Shown here: in pieces, positions 46,826 to 56,764 of the stretch
How positions within the stretch are numbered: the first letter of the stretch is position 1
Layout: the number at the start of each line of letters is the position of its first letter
Virus record (IMG/VR): IMGVR_UViG_3300027908_000023
Span: 6,369-70,368 of that record
Strand: one strand, 5' to 3'
DNA length: 64,000 nt
Origin: a virus
Notes under the pieces: model-generated
Database searches by the model: none
Seen by the model: the letters and a program-made list of their open reading frames with translations, nothing else
What the model was told of the DNA's origin: nothing
Position numbers and translations under genes: made by a program

Positions 46826-49215
46826 TGAGATTCCCCGTCGCGGCGCTCCATCGATCCGCCATCTGGGAACCCAGGCTCACCGTGCGCCTGGCCGTTCGCC
46901 GGCTGAATCCCATCAGGCAGCGCCGGTTGCGTCACGGCAAAAGGCAGTGATGACGGCAGTTCTCCATTAAGGCGTTTCTCGATAATCTCCGGGATGCTGA
47001 CCGGCTGCTCTGGTGCCTGCGCCGGTTGGCTGTCTGACTCTGGTGCCTTGGCCGGTTGCTCTTTTGTCTCCAGCGGCAAGCTATGCTTCACCTTGTCGCG
47101 ATTCGAGAAGATCACCCGCCGGACCGCGAGACTCTCCCCCTCCAGCCCGGATGGTCCAACATATTTTTCCGCCGTGCCGGCGCGCAAATAGCCAAGCGTG
47201 ATATGCGGCGCATAGCGATCCTGTGTCTGTACGTGCGGCAGATGATCCGCCAGGTAGGCATGGAGCGCATGCAGATCGTCTCCGCCAACGTCCACCTTCA
47301 CGACTTCACCATCACCAGTATCCGGGAAGATGGAGATACTTCCGAGCGTGAAGCTGATCGGACCAACGCCCAGAACCGTCTTGCGCACCACGTCAACGTC
47401 GTCATCGATCAAGCCATGAAGCACCGTCAGGTGATAGTCCGATCCCGCTTGTCGGCCCTTGTCGGCCAGTTCCTCATCGGGCAGCGCATCACTGAGGAGT
47501 TTGAGCTTGGAGGCTAACGGCTCACCGATGGGTAGCATTAGGCAGCCATAGCGTTTCTTGCGCTCCTCGGCCAGTTGCTTGGCTCTTTCGGGCAGTGTGA
47601 GTGTAACGCCCTGGCTCCAACTCCTGATGGGCTTGGCCTCTGGCGGCAACCACTTGAGCGGCATCGGTTGCGACGGCGAAGAGATCGGCGTGCCAGGACC
47701 ACCACCACCCGGATGGCCACCCGGTTCTGGTGGCATGCCGGGCAGCGCCGCGCCGGGTCCGACCGGCGAACCAATCGCTGATGGAGCGCCAGGCCCAGCA
47801 GCAGCCATCGGCGCGCCCGGACCACCACCACCCGGTTGCGGCGGTTGCTCTTTCATGAGTTTCGAGTAGAGTTTCTTTTCCTCTTCACTCATGGGTTCGT
47901 TGTCGAACTCGACTCTCGCTTCATCATCAGTGAGCAAACCATATTTGAACTGCTGCTCCCTGTCAGCGCGCCGCTGTTCCGGCGAGCTATCCACCGGGTT
48001 GGGCCACCATACCCTGAGTCTTTCATCCCAGAGTGTTGCTACTTTGGTTGTCACAACCGCGCCGATGTACTGGAGCTTTGGCTTGATACACTGTTCGTGG
48101 AACTGTGTCAGTGGCCCCCACATCGCTATCTGACTGCCGGCATCCTGAAGACCCGCTATCTGTTTTGGCACTCTGAAAGTGGCCAGAATGGAGTCTCTGA
48201 GTTGATCGAAACTGCCCGTGAAATCACACTCGCTGGGCATGATCTTGAGCGGCGTGAACTTGGACCCAGATGAGAGCAAGAGCGGTTTGCCGTGGTTAAA
48301 TTCTCCCTGGAACCTGGCATAGAACTTCTCATAGTAGCGCTCCAGCACGTCATCCGATGGGTCCTGATTGCCCTCCGGCATCTCGATCACGCCCAACGGT
48401 GCCAGGACGTTCTTCATGCTCCAGAATCGCGATTGGTCGATGCTCTCGCCAACATCGATCCACTCGCTGATAGCCCGTTGAGGGCTCCAACCGCCGATCT
48501 TGGAGAGCGGGCTCGGCAACTGGAAATAGACGATCTGTTCCCACGGGATAAAGAGCGTGCCGGCGCTGGTTGGGAAGGGCCGAACCACTACTTGCAGGAT
48601 GTCGTTCTGCCCGGTCTGAATCCAACACCAATGAGAGGGCACGGTCCAGAGTTCTGAGATTTGCCCCGTGTGCGGATCGGGAATCATCCACCAGAACGCT
48701 TCTCCAGACAGGCAAAGGAACTGTATCGTCTGTGCCAGGATGTCTGAGAAGCCCGCCGTGTCCCAGGTGTTTGGGCGCTTGAAGAGCCGCATCAGCGGAT
48801 GGTTCGGCGGGACGTGCGTTACCTTCTCGTGTGGCTTGATCGTGTTGTTGGTCTTGACGTAGCGCCTGATGCGCATCGCCTTATGAATCTTCGATCCGTG
48901 ATTCAGCGAATTGCCGTCGTGCTCGACCCAGGCAACCTCGGGCTCTCTTCCCCGGATGTCATCCATGATGGCGTTGACCGCAACATAGGTCCAGTGCTTG
49001 AAGTGCTGCGGAAACTCAAGCCGCTCCCGCGACCACATGCCGGGCCAGCCCCAGCCACCCGTGGCACTGGCGAGGATGCGCGAGAAGAAGGATTCTCCAA
49101 CGCTGGTTTTTGGCCGGTTGCTGGCGCGGCTGGTGATCTGGCGCTGGTGACGCCACTGGTTGGCAGCACGGCCGGCGCGTTCGACGAGAGACAGCGTGGT
49201 ATCGAGGAAGCCCAT
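46822..49215 (-). CDS. phage portal protein fused to a C-terminal 2H phosphoesterase domain
   Basis: Lies downstream of terL; portal-like motifs (LSGEAFW, GWSP, IAGL); Pro/Gly linker; HLT and HIT motifs. Confidence 0.8.
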   Translation of the reverse strand: MGFLDTTLSLVERAGRAANQWRHQRQITSRASNRPKTSVGESFFSRILASATGGWGWPGMWSRERLEFPQHFKHWTYVAVNAIMDDIRGREPEVAWVEHDGNSLNHGSKIHKAMRIRRYVKTNNTIKPHEKVTHVPPNHPLMRLFKRPNTWDTAGFSDILAQTIQFLCLSGEAFWWMIPDPHTGQISELWTVPSHWCWIQTGQNDILQVVVRPFPTSAGTLFIPWEQIVYFQLPSPLSKIGGWSPQRAISEWIDVGESIDQSRFWSMKNVLAPLGVIEMPEGNQDPSDDVLERYYEKFYARFQGEFNHGKPLLLSSGSKFTPLKIMPSECDFTGSFDQLRDSILATFRVPKQIAGLQDAGSQIAMWGPLTQFHEQCIKPKLQYIGAVVTTKVATLWDERLRVWWPNPVDSSPEQRRADREQQFKYGLLTDDEARVEFDNEPMSEEEKKLYSKLMKEQPPQPGGGGPGAPMAAAGPGAPSAIGSPVGPGAALPGMPPEPGGHPGGGGPGTPISSPSQPMPLKWLPPEAKPIRSWSQGVTLTLPERAKQLAEERKKRYGCLMLPIGEPLASKLKLLSDALPDEELADKGRQAGSDYHLTVLHGLIDDDVDVVRKTVLGVGPISFTLGSISIFPDTGDGEVVKVDVGGDDLHALHAYLADHLPHVQTQDRYAPHITLGYLRAGTAEKYVGPSGLEGESLAVRRVIFSNRDKVKHSLPLETKEQPAKAPESDSQPAQAPEQPVSIPEIIEKRLNGELPSSLPFAVTQPALPDGIQPANGQAHGEPGFPDGGSMERRDGESQ

Positions 49216-49336
49216 GAGGGGAGATTATGCGAAAGAGTTTGACAAGGGAGCAACTTATAGCGCAGGCAGCAGCGGAACCGATCTGTTTCGGATCGGTGCC
49301 AACAGTTATGATAGCGCACCGACAACCTCATAGGAG

Positions 49337-49675
49337 ATGACCGGCATGAACGATGATAAATCCACCAATCACGCCAGAGCCATTCGCCGATTTTCATTCC
49401 TCAAGAAGTTGAAATCGGCAAGAGAAGTGTGCAGTTTTTTCTACAGTCTCAACAACAGAATCGCTACATGGAAGCCAGACGAATATCCTATTGGCAAGAT
49501 TGATAAAATGCTCCACTATTTTGGCATGGCAGCCGAAGTCAGCCCGGTAGAACTGACTCGTCTCGATGGCTTCTATCGGCGAGTCAAGGCAAGTCTTAAT
49601 GATCGCATGGGAAAAGAATGGACGGCGAGATTCCTAGCGAAACATCCATTCGGCAAGCCAGTTAAAACCAGTTGA
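49337..49675 (+). CDS. hypothetical lower-GC protein in inverted orientation between terL and portal
   Basis: AGGAG SD; more AT-rich than its neighbours. Confidence 0.55.
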   Translation: MTGMNDDKSTNHARAIRRFSFLKKLKSAREVCSFFYSLNNRIATWKPDEYPIGKIDKMLHYFGMAAEVSPVELTRLDGFYRRVKASLNDRMGKEWTARFLAKHPFGKPVKTS

Positions 49676-51224
49676 AGACTTTCTTCCGCACCGGATAGAA
49701 GGCCAGACATAATGCATCCGCATAGTCTGGTGAACGGACGCCGCGCTTGCGCATGTCTGGTTTGCTCTCGACTTGAATCTTACCGTTGTTGAGACGCTTG
49801 TGCAGCGGCATGCTCAGTTGTGCGATCAACTGATGACAGTTCGGGATGCTGATACACTCATCATCGGGATGGGCAACACCCTGAGTCACGCGCTCATGCG
49901 TCTTCTCGAAACGTCTCCGCAACGTCCACCACATTTCATCTCTCAATCGTGCGAATAGTTCCTTCGCCTTGCGATTGTTGGCCTCCGGCCAGATGCTTTC
50001 GCTCGGGCTTGAGCCGGCCTGCACGGCGACAACCTCGAAGGAGAGTTTTGTCTCCATGTTGTTCCACACGCCCTTGACGCCGGAACCGACTCCACCCACG
50101 TCATAATAGACGACCGATACACCGTTCTTTTCGGCATGGTCGCGAGCCTTGTAGGAAGTCTGAGTTGTATCCAGGTGATTCCAGGCGATGGGGTCTTTGA
50201 CGACCGGTCCGGCACGCCAGATAAAGACACTCTCGTTATCGCCTTCATCGGCAACGTCCAGACCGGCTGACTTCTGTGCGCTCTCTTCCAGCGGCAGATT
50301 GATAGCGGAGCGAACCCATGCGGCCGGGATCGTGATGCCCTGTACGGATGCCGTATAGTCGATGTCGATGTTGCTCGCTACCGTCACTTCATCATAGGTA
50401 TCCCGCATGTGTTGATACCAGGCAGCATCCTTTCTCGGATCATCGGTCCATTTCAGAGTAAAAATACGCTCATGTGCAAAAGAGAATCGCTTGCGCGCGA
50501 ACGAGTTACCTAGACCATTAGGGGTTGAGACATTGACTCTCAATAGGGCATTGCTAAGAAGCGAACTGTCCACCAGATCAGGATGCGGGATGAAGGCGGC
50601 TTCGTCGATAAAATAAACTCCGGTACGCCCGCCGCGCCCTATACCGTCACCACCTTCGCCGCGAATCGTGGCATCATTGGTCGGATTGATCAGTTTGCCT
50701 TCGGCGGAGTGTTTCTGAAAGCTGAACCGGCGCGGCCATAGCCAGAGCGGTAAGCCACGGATCAGCATTCTGAGCTTCTCAAAAATGCTGTCCGGGTCGC
50801 CGATGGTATCGACCAGTTCCAGAATTCTACTGCCAAAGCCAACCGAGTATCCAGGTCGGAACAACCAGCCATGAATCGCATAGAGACAACACAGCCACGT
50901 AGCGCCCATCTCGCGGGATTTCTCAACGATGACTTCTTGATCGTGTCGCGTCTCCACTGCCTGGCGCTCGTGCATGGCCAGCCAACGGAGGAACTCCCGT
51001 TGCTTGGGAAACAGGTTGAACGGGATAACTTTCTCGACACCCTTGGGATCGTAGGTGTTGACCCAATGATCCGCGAACCACTCGATGGAGGCTTCGCAAT
51101 AGGCGCGCTCCAGAACGTAGCTGCCTTCCTTCTCCACCTTGTTCGCATAGGCCCAGCGCTCATCAACATTGAATCCATGAGGCGCTGTCACAGGAGTTTT
51201 CTCGGTTGATCGCATGTCGCTCAT
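49662..51224 (-). CDS. terL: terminase large subunit
   Basis: EKSREMG (Walker A), FIDEAAF (Walker B), STPNG, GLDVA and SPDYADA nuclease motifs. Confidence 0.92.
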   Translation of the reverse strand: MSDMRSTEKTPVTAPHGFNVDERWAYANKVEKEGSYVLERAYCEASIEWFADHWVNTYDPKGVEKVIPFNLFPKQREFLRWLAMHERQAVETRHDQEVIVEKSREMGATWLCCLYAIHGWLFRPGYSVGFGSRILELVDTIGDPDSIFEKLRMLIRGLPLWLWPRRFSFQKHSAEGKLINPTNDATIRGEGGDGIGRGGRTGVYFIDEAAFIPHPDLVDSSLLSNALLRVNVSTPNGLGNSFARKRFSFAHERIFTLKWTDDPRKDAAWYQHMRDTYDEVTVASNIDIDYTASVQGITIPAAWVRSAINLPLEESAQKSAGLDVADEGDNESVFIWRAGPVVKDPIAWNHLDTTQTSYKARDHAEKNGVSVVYYDVGGVGSGVKGVWNNMETKLSFEVVAVQAGSSPSESIWPEANNRKAKELFARLRDEMWWTLRRRFEKTHERVTQGVAHPDDECISIPNCHQLIAQLSMPLHKRLNNGKIQVESKPDMRKRGVRSPDYADALCLAFYPVRKKVFNWF

Positions 51225-51859
51225 CAGTTGTTTCCAGTGCCAGCCGTGCCGCCGTCTACCTTCCAGTTCGCATTCCTCTCTCTCAATACCCGCATCTTCT
51301 CCTCCTGAGACAGCGCGCTGAACTGTTCCGCCGTCATGCCGTTGTGCTTGACGTTGATATCTCCACCCTCAGCGCCGGTGTGCTCGATCCTCATATTTTC
51401 CCTGAACTCGCCTGGCTTGTGCGCCTTGAGCAAGAACATCAACAGCGCATCGGAAAATCTCCTCTGCATGATCGGGATGAACTTGGCACCACCAGCGCCT
51501 GGACGAACCTGATTGCCGTCCTGATCAACCCAGAAGCCAACAATCTGCCCCTTGTACAGAATCGGCTCCTCAACGCCTTCAAAGGCGCGCCGTCGCGCTT
51601 CCAGTTTCAACTTGTCGATGGAGTCTTCCAGCGCGTCCTTGCAGTCCTGCTCAAACGCTGGATCGAGCTTGCGGGCACGGTAATAGGTGCCGCGCTTGAC
51701 ACCAACCTTGGTCAGCGCCGCCCAGGTGTTGGCCGTCTTGCGCAACTCTTCCAGAAAGATCGGCTTCCAGTCCACGTCCTTGGGAAGCCTGACGCGCACA
51801 TAGGTTTCGCCCGCGCAGTATTCGGCAATGTTGATGTCGTAGGGGTGTTTCTTGGACAT
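51224..51859 (-). CDS. terS: terminase small subunit
   Basis: HTH (GVKRGTYY.AR..DPAF), EARRRAFEG, SDALLMFLLK; adjacent to terL. Confidence 0.8.
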   Translation of the reverse strand: MSKKHPYDINIAEYCAGETYVRVRLPKDVDWKPIFLEELRKTANTWAALTKVGVKRGTYYRARKLDPAFEQDCKDALEDSIDKLKLEARRRAFEGVEEPILYKGQIVGFWVDQDGNQVRPGAGGAKFIPIMQRRFSDALLMFLLKAHKPGEFRENMRIEHTGAEGGDINVKHNGMTAEQFSALSQEEKMRVLRERNANWKVDGGTAGTGNN

Positions 51860-51934
51860 GGCCTGGACTCCTGGGAAACTATGTTTCCAGATTGTCGGCT
51901 ATGATTTGCCTCTTCGCAAATCGCTTCACTTCCC

Positions 51935-52705
51935 CTACTCGCCAGCCTCTTGTCCTCGGCGCGCGGCCATCTCCTTGAGGAGCTTGGCATGGATGCTGGC
52001 GACTTGCTTCTGGATCTGCTCCAGCGACCAGCCGTCATTGACGAGCCAGCGGCAGGCTGTGTTGATGTGGTTGTTGGCGCTTTCGAGCTTCTTGGCACGG
52101 TCTTCCTTGGCCTCGCGGTTCTCGCGGGCTTTCTCGCGGGCACGAGCCTTGGCCGCGTCCTCGCGCGAGATGGTCGCCATCAGGGTTGGGTCGAGCTGGT
52201 CCATGAGCTTTGAGGTTTCGCGCACCGATGCGGGATCTTCGGAGGCTTCACGCACGGAGTCAACCGCTTCGCTGACGGTTTCTGCCGTCATGGTCTGGCC
52301 TGGTGGCGTGGCCGCGTGAGCGATATCGAGAACCTCTTCGCGCTGGTCATCGTTCAGAGCGATCAGTTCGCGCATGAGCGTTTCCGGCAACGGCGAATAA
52401 GTGTCTCCTATAGGAGACACTTTTATCTCGCGGTCGAGCCTGGCGGCGTCGAGCAACCGGTAGATATGCCCGCGAGACGTGTCGAATTCCTCGATACAGC
52501 ACTGGCGGAAACCTTTGTAGCCCAGCGCCTTCCAGCCCTGTGCCTCGTAGAAGCGCAACAACTCTGCCCGCGCGCTGTCGATCTGATCGCCGGCCTGTGC
52601 GATGTGGTGCTTGATCTGCTGAATGCTCTGCTGCGCCTGACTGGTCGTCATCTCGGCTGGGAGAACCATCGACGCCACGGGTTGCTCTAGGATGCCAACG
52701 GACAT
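51935..52705 (-). CDS. hypothetical phage protein (DUF3102-like N-terminus)
   Basis: GWKALGY.GF..CC.EEF..SRGHIYRLL; charged C-terminus. Confidence 0.6.
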   Translation of the reverse strand: MSVGILEQPVASMVLPAEMTTSQAQQSIQQIKHHIAQAGDQIDSARAELLRFYEAQGWKALGYKGFRQCCIEEFDTSRGHIYRLLDAARLDREIKVSPIGDTYSPLPETLMRELIALNDDQREEVLDIAHAATPPGQTMTAETVSEAVDSVREASEDPASVRETSKLMDQLDPTLMATISREDAAKARAREKARENREAKEDRAKKLESANNHINTACRWLVNDGWSLEQIQKQVASIHAKLLKEMAARRGQEAGE

Positions 52706-53385
52706 GGAATTTGCTCTTTTGGTTGTTGGAGTGATACAGGGAACGGTTTGATTTGTGGAACCTGACCGCTTTTCTCAAGGATTGGTTCCATGCGTTTGCG
52801 GAACGCTTGAAGTTTTGCGCGCTTCCGGATCGGCATTTGTTCAACGAGGTCAACGAGCCACTGATGAACCGATAGGGTCTTCTTCATCCGACTAGCGCGC
52901 TCTTGTTCTTCCGTCATCGGTTCGCCACACTCCTTGCGATATTCAGCGCGCACCACCAATTTATTGTTGCGCAAAATCCAGTCCTTGGGATGCCAGAGAC
53001 AACACTGCCTTGATTCGCGCTCGATCAAGGCTATGGCACGATCACTCTGGCTCAATGCCGTCAACGGGATATGATCCTCGGGTGGGTCCAGGTACAGTTC
53101 CGGCGCTGCTTTGCCGGCAACGACGGTCCACACTTGCAGATAGTCTTTCAGGTCCTGTTGTGACCACTCCTCCACGTTTTTGAAACGCTTGAGCCGTTTG
53201 CCGCGCAGCTTCCATTGCTCCAACTTGATGAGGAATTTCTTTTGCCGGCGCCTCTCCTCTTTAGTCTCTTGCTTCTGCCGGCGTTCGATCTGCGCTGGCG
53301 TCGGTTCTGGCCTGGGACGCGGTGGCGCTGGTGCGCGTCGTGACGGCGGTTGAGGCAGTAACGTGACAGCCGATGTTTCGGACAT
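52687..53385 (-). CDS. hypothetical basic protein
   Basis: 232 aa, co-oriented. Confidence 0.6.
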   Translation of the reverse strand: MSETSAVTLLPQPPSRRAPAPPRPRPEPTPAQIERRQKQETKEERRRQKKFLIKLEQWKLRGKRLKRFKNVEEWSQQDLKDYLQVWTVVAGKAAPELYLDPPEDHIPLTALSQSDRAIALIERESRQCCLWHPKDWILRNNKLVVRAEYRKECGEPMTEEQERASRMKKTLSVHQWLVDLVEQMPIRKRAKLQAFRKRMEPILEKSGQVPQIKPFPVSLQQPKEQIPCPLAS

Positions 53386-53391
53386 TGATGC

Positions 53392-53703
53392 TCAGGAAGC
53401 GAGTGCCTCCAACCTCCGTTCATGCTCATCGTCTTCGCCGTCCAGCGCTACCGTGGCGCACTCTTGATGCTGCCTGGCCCAACCGGCAAACAGGCATCGA
53501 CCATCCGCGAGCCATCTCCTTGATTGCCTGGTATGGCCGACCATGCCCTCTAGCGTCACACTTGCCAGGTGATAACCGAGCGGTGTGGTCGAGAGGATGA
53601 GCCAGACGAACGGCAGGTCGCCGAAGTGCGCCACGGCCAGCCGGCGCAGGGCTGGTTGAGCGTTGTTGAAGTCGGTGGCAGTGAGATCGTGCATGGCGGA
53701 CAA
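53392..53703 (-). CDS. hypothetical protein
   Basis: Co-oriented ORF after an AT-rich intergenic region. Confidence 0.5.
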   Translation of the reverse strand: MSAMHDLTATDFNNAQPALRRLAVAHFGDLPFVWLILSTTPLGYHLASVTLEGMVGHTRQSRRWLADGRCLFAGWARQHQECATVALDGEDDEHERRLEALAS

Positions 53704-54745
53704 TCACAGTGAAACTAATTTGCGTTTTACGCGCCATCGGCGCAATAGCTTGTTCTGATTGTCTGGGAAGAAGTGGGGCGATAAAAGATAAAATGTGATC
53801 AAAACGTGGTAGTGATATGTCGGAAAGGTTGGATTGTAGCGGATGGGCAAAGTTTAACGCTGGTCTGCGTTGAAATCAGGCCACAGCGATTCGAGCCGGC
53901 CTTCATTCTCGCGCTGCTTGAGTTCCTCCAGCATGCGCTGTTCCTGTTCCTTCATGGCGCGAATGATCTCATCAGGCACCAGGGTCGTGATGTCGATCAT
54001 CTGATGAAGGACTTCACGCATCTCGCGATTGCGAGTCTGCACGGCTGTAAAGTATTCCGGTCTGGTGGCTTCAAGGACAAGCAAGCGCTCCCGGCGGCGC
54101 CGCCAGGCGGTGTTGATTTCGTCTCTGGTCATGGTATCATCTCCTTGATCAACCGGGCAGCACACCATGATACTCGTCCCGCCACTTCTTGCTGAGCTTC
54201 TCGCGAATCAGATACAGGTCATCGAAAATCCCTCGCAATCGCTCCAGGTATTCGCGCTGGCTCGGCTCGCCATAACCCGTCTTGATCAGCAGTTCAAGCA
54301 ACGGGTCATGGCCGCCTTCAAGGCGAACAAGAAACTGCGCGAAGGTTTCATCGGCTCTCGGCCTGGGATGCGCCGGCGCTTCCTGATAGGCATCGTACAC
54401 GACTCGCGGCTTGGCCTTGCGGCCACGTCCGGTCTTCGGCATGGCTGTTTCTCCTGAATGACGATTACTATATGGTTCAACATTCAGACTCACGATGCAT
54501 CGCGGCATCGAGCAACGCTTTCCCGTGGCGCTTGTGGCAGCCGTCGATGTACCGGTGGATCATCCCGCGAAGCGTGTTGACCTCAACCTCCGTCAGTTCG
54601 CCAATCGCGTCCGCCGCGCTATCGTGGCTTGGCCGCAATTTACTGTAGTGACCGGCGGCGAAACTGATGTAGACATTGACACGTCCAGTCTGAGTATGAG
54701 ATTTCATCGAGACTACTCCCGGGCGAAACAGGGGCGACTTCTTGG

Positions 54746-55591
54746 TTACACTCCTACTAGCTCCATCTCTTCTACCACGACCGGCAGCTTCCCCACTTGC
54801 AAGGTCACGACTTCGTAATCCGCCAGCGTCAACTGCTCCAGCGACTTCACATGATGGAGATCGCATACCCGGCTGATGCTGATTTTCCGCGTCTGGCACA
54901 ACCGCTTGATAAAGTGTACCTGATCGTCCGTGATAATGCTTGCCGGATCGGGCTTCGCTTCCACGGCATGACCGTTGCCATTGTGGCCGTTCGTGCCGTT
55001 GGCATGGTGCCCGTTGCCGGTTCCGGAAAGCCTCGGTGTCTGGCTAAACTGCCGCTTCCTCGGATCGTAGTCGTACCAGTCTGCCTTGATCCGGTAGAGA
55101 TAGCGGCCGATGCCGAACTTCACGGCCGCGCGTTTGTGGGCATCGGAGAACGCTGCCTTGCGGCGGTCCCCCTCATCGTCCTGCTGGGAAGGGCTACCGA
55201 CATCCTGCTTCTCGATCCATTCTCCACCGATGCGCACCCGCAATCGGCAGATCACGCTGCCCATGATGACCTCTTCTCCAAGGATCATCTCGTCGCAATC
55301 GTTGCCGTCCTTGTCCTTGACTGTCCTGCCAGTCTTCTGCATGGCCGGCACGCGAGCATCGGGAAGAACCTCATATGAGGTTTCCCAGCCGCCAATGCCG
55401 AGAACTTCGTCAAGGCGATCCTCAACGGTGCGGACATCTACATAGGCAAAAGCGAGAGCGCGATTGCCAACGGTCTTGCCGGGAAGAAACTTCACGTCCT
55501 CAATGTCGAACGGTGCGGCCAGCGCGGCAGCGATGGCCTGGACATCAATGGTGGTCTGCGTTGCAGTAGTCCCGGTGGTTGCTGTCGTCAT
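54746..55591 (-). CDS. Rad52/Rad22-family single-strand annealing protein
   Basis: LAAPF..AYVD.R.V..RLDEV.G..GW..KAAFSDA.KRAAVKFGIGRYLY; follows promoter 55635. Confidence 0.85.
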   Translation of the reverse strand: MTTATTGTTATQTTIDVQAIAAALAAPFDIEDVKFLPGKTVGNRALAFAYVDVRTVEDRLDEVLGIGGWETSYEVLPDARVPAMQKTGRTVKDKDGNDCDEMILGEEVIMGSVICRLRVRIGGEWIEKQDVGSPSQQDDEGDRRKAAFSDAHKRAAVKFGIGRYLYRIKADWYDYDPRKRQFSQTPRLSGTGNGHHANGTNGHNGNGHAVEAKPDPASIITDDQVHFIKRLCQTRKISISRVCDLHHVKSLEQLTLADYEVVTLQVGKLPVVVEEMELVGV

Positions 55592-56293
55592 GGCGTTTAT
55601 CCCCTGGAAGGCGATGCTTCATCTCTTCACAGGGTTATTCGCCGTTAGCCGACCGGGATTTAATCCGCCAGGAAGTTTTTGTCGATTTTCAAGATCCTCT
55701 GGTGCATCCGCTCGATGACCTCGAAGAACAGAACATCATCGTAGGCCAGCGCATGCCCGCGAGCCTTCCGCTCATGGTTGGCTGCTTCCATCGCCATTGC
55801 CTCAATCCTGGCAGCGACGATGGCTTCCTCGATGGCCAGTTCCTTCATACGCTGATCATGGTCGCTCATCGTCTTTCTCCGCCTTCATGGTTACCTCTAC
55901 CAGCGCCACGTCCTTGAGGTAAAACCATACCTTCCCGTCTCCGGGCGCGCCGTTATCTGCTGCCGTGCCCGTTCAACGACCTCAGAGAATGTATCCGTGC
56001 CAAAGGCTCGCTCATAGCCGTGGCCGACAAGTTCCTGATTCACGGCAGCCAGCGCAGACATCTCAATGCAGGCCAACAATATGAGCGAATGCATCATCTC
56101 AGCAACTCATCTATGCTCATCTGCTCCAGCACAGCGATTCTCCGTTGCCGGATGAGATCAGCCGCAAAGGCCAACAGAACAGCGCCGGGAACCTCGAACG
56201 ACTCATCGCAGCGCAGGTCGGAAATCTCGACCGTGCCCGAATAGTCGCCGTTGGATGTGAAGGTAAAGTCACCGTAGGTCCTGGTGTGCATTG

Positions 56294-56755
56294 TTACTTC
56301 GCCCCCTTCATTGGCTTGAGGCCATCGCGTTCTTTCCACGGTCCGAAACAACCCTGGCAGGCTGGGTATTTTTCTTGGCCGACCAATCCCTTATCCCGGC
56401 ATGCCTGGCAATGCCCGGCGATCACCTTCTGATCTTGGCAATGGACATGGCCAGTCCAGATCACCGGCGCAGCGCCGCAATGAATGCAGGTAGCCGTCTG
56501 GAGGAATAACGGCCCGGCCGGCTCTCTGGCTTCCTCCAAGGCGTTGACACGCTTCTGTAAATCCTGCGCTGCGCTTTGGAGTTGTTGAACTTCTACGATG
56601 CTTGGCTTGGGCTCCAGTGTAAACAACAGATCAGCATGCCGCTTCTCGATCCTGGACATGTGATCCCGGAGATACCTCGCATCATTAGCCAGCGCGCCGA
56701 TGAGAACAAACACGGTCAGGAACACGAACGAGACTACCAGATTACGCATAGACAT
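56294..56755 (-). CDS. membrane-anchored coiled-coil protein with a Cys-rich C-terminus
   Basis: N-terminal TM; CIHCG..GHVH..AGHCQAC. Confidence 0.65.
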   Translation of the reverse strand: MSMRNLVVSFVFLTVFVLIGALANDARYLRDHMSRIEKRHADLLFTLEPKPSIVEVQQLQSAAQDLQKRVNALEEAREPAGPLFLQTATCIHCGAAPVIWTGHVHCQDQKVIAGHCQACRDKGLVGQEKYPACQGCFGPWKERDGLKPMKGAK

Positions 56756-56764
56756 CCCTCCTGA

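Larger units (their letters stand above)
2468..55663 (-). promoter_or_regulatory. Dispersed family of 36 promoter-like elements, minus-strand consensus (T/C)AAAT-N16-CGAATAA
   Basis: Plus-strand 7-mer ending in TTCG, exactly 16 nt, then (A/C)TT. 7-mer starts: 2468, 5075, 8780, 14243, 14710, 15855, 16778, 17673, 18047, 18439, 18728, 19223, 19515, 22804, 24587, 25529, 26161, 27059, 28006, 28743, 29111, 29472, 29958, 31203, 31703, 31987, 34282, 35200, 36015, 36637, 38548, 40178, 40711, 42501, 46078, 55635. All lie upstream of a minus-strand gene or RNA. Confidence 0.85.

Noticed and set aside
2468-55663. Repeated motif as integron attC sites (ATTTAAC fits RYYYAAC)
   Set aside because: Core order is reversed, AAC/GTT is not conserved in most copies, the elements lie upstream of genes with a fixed 16-nt spacer, and no integrase was seen.
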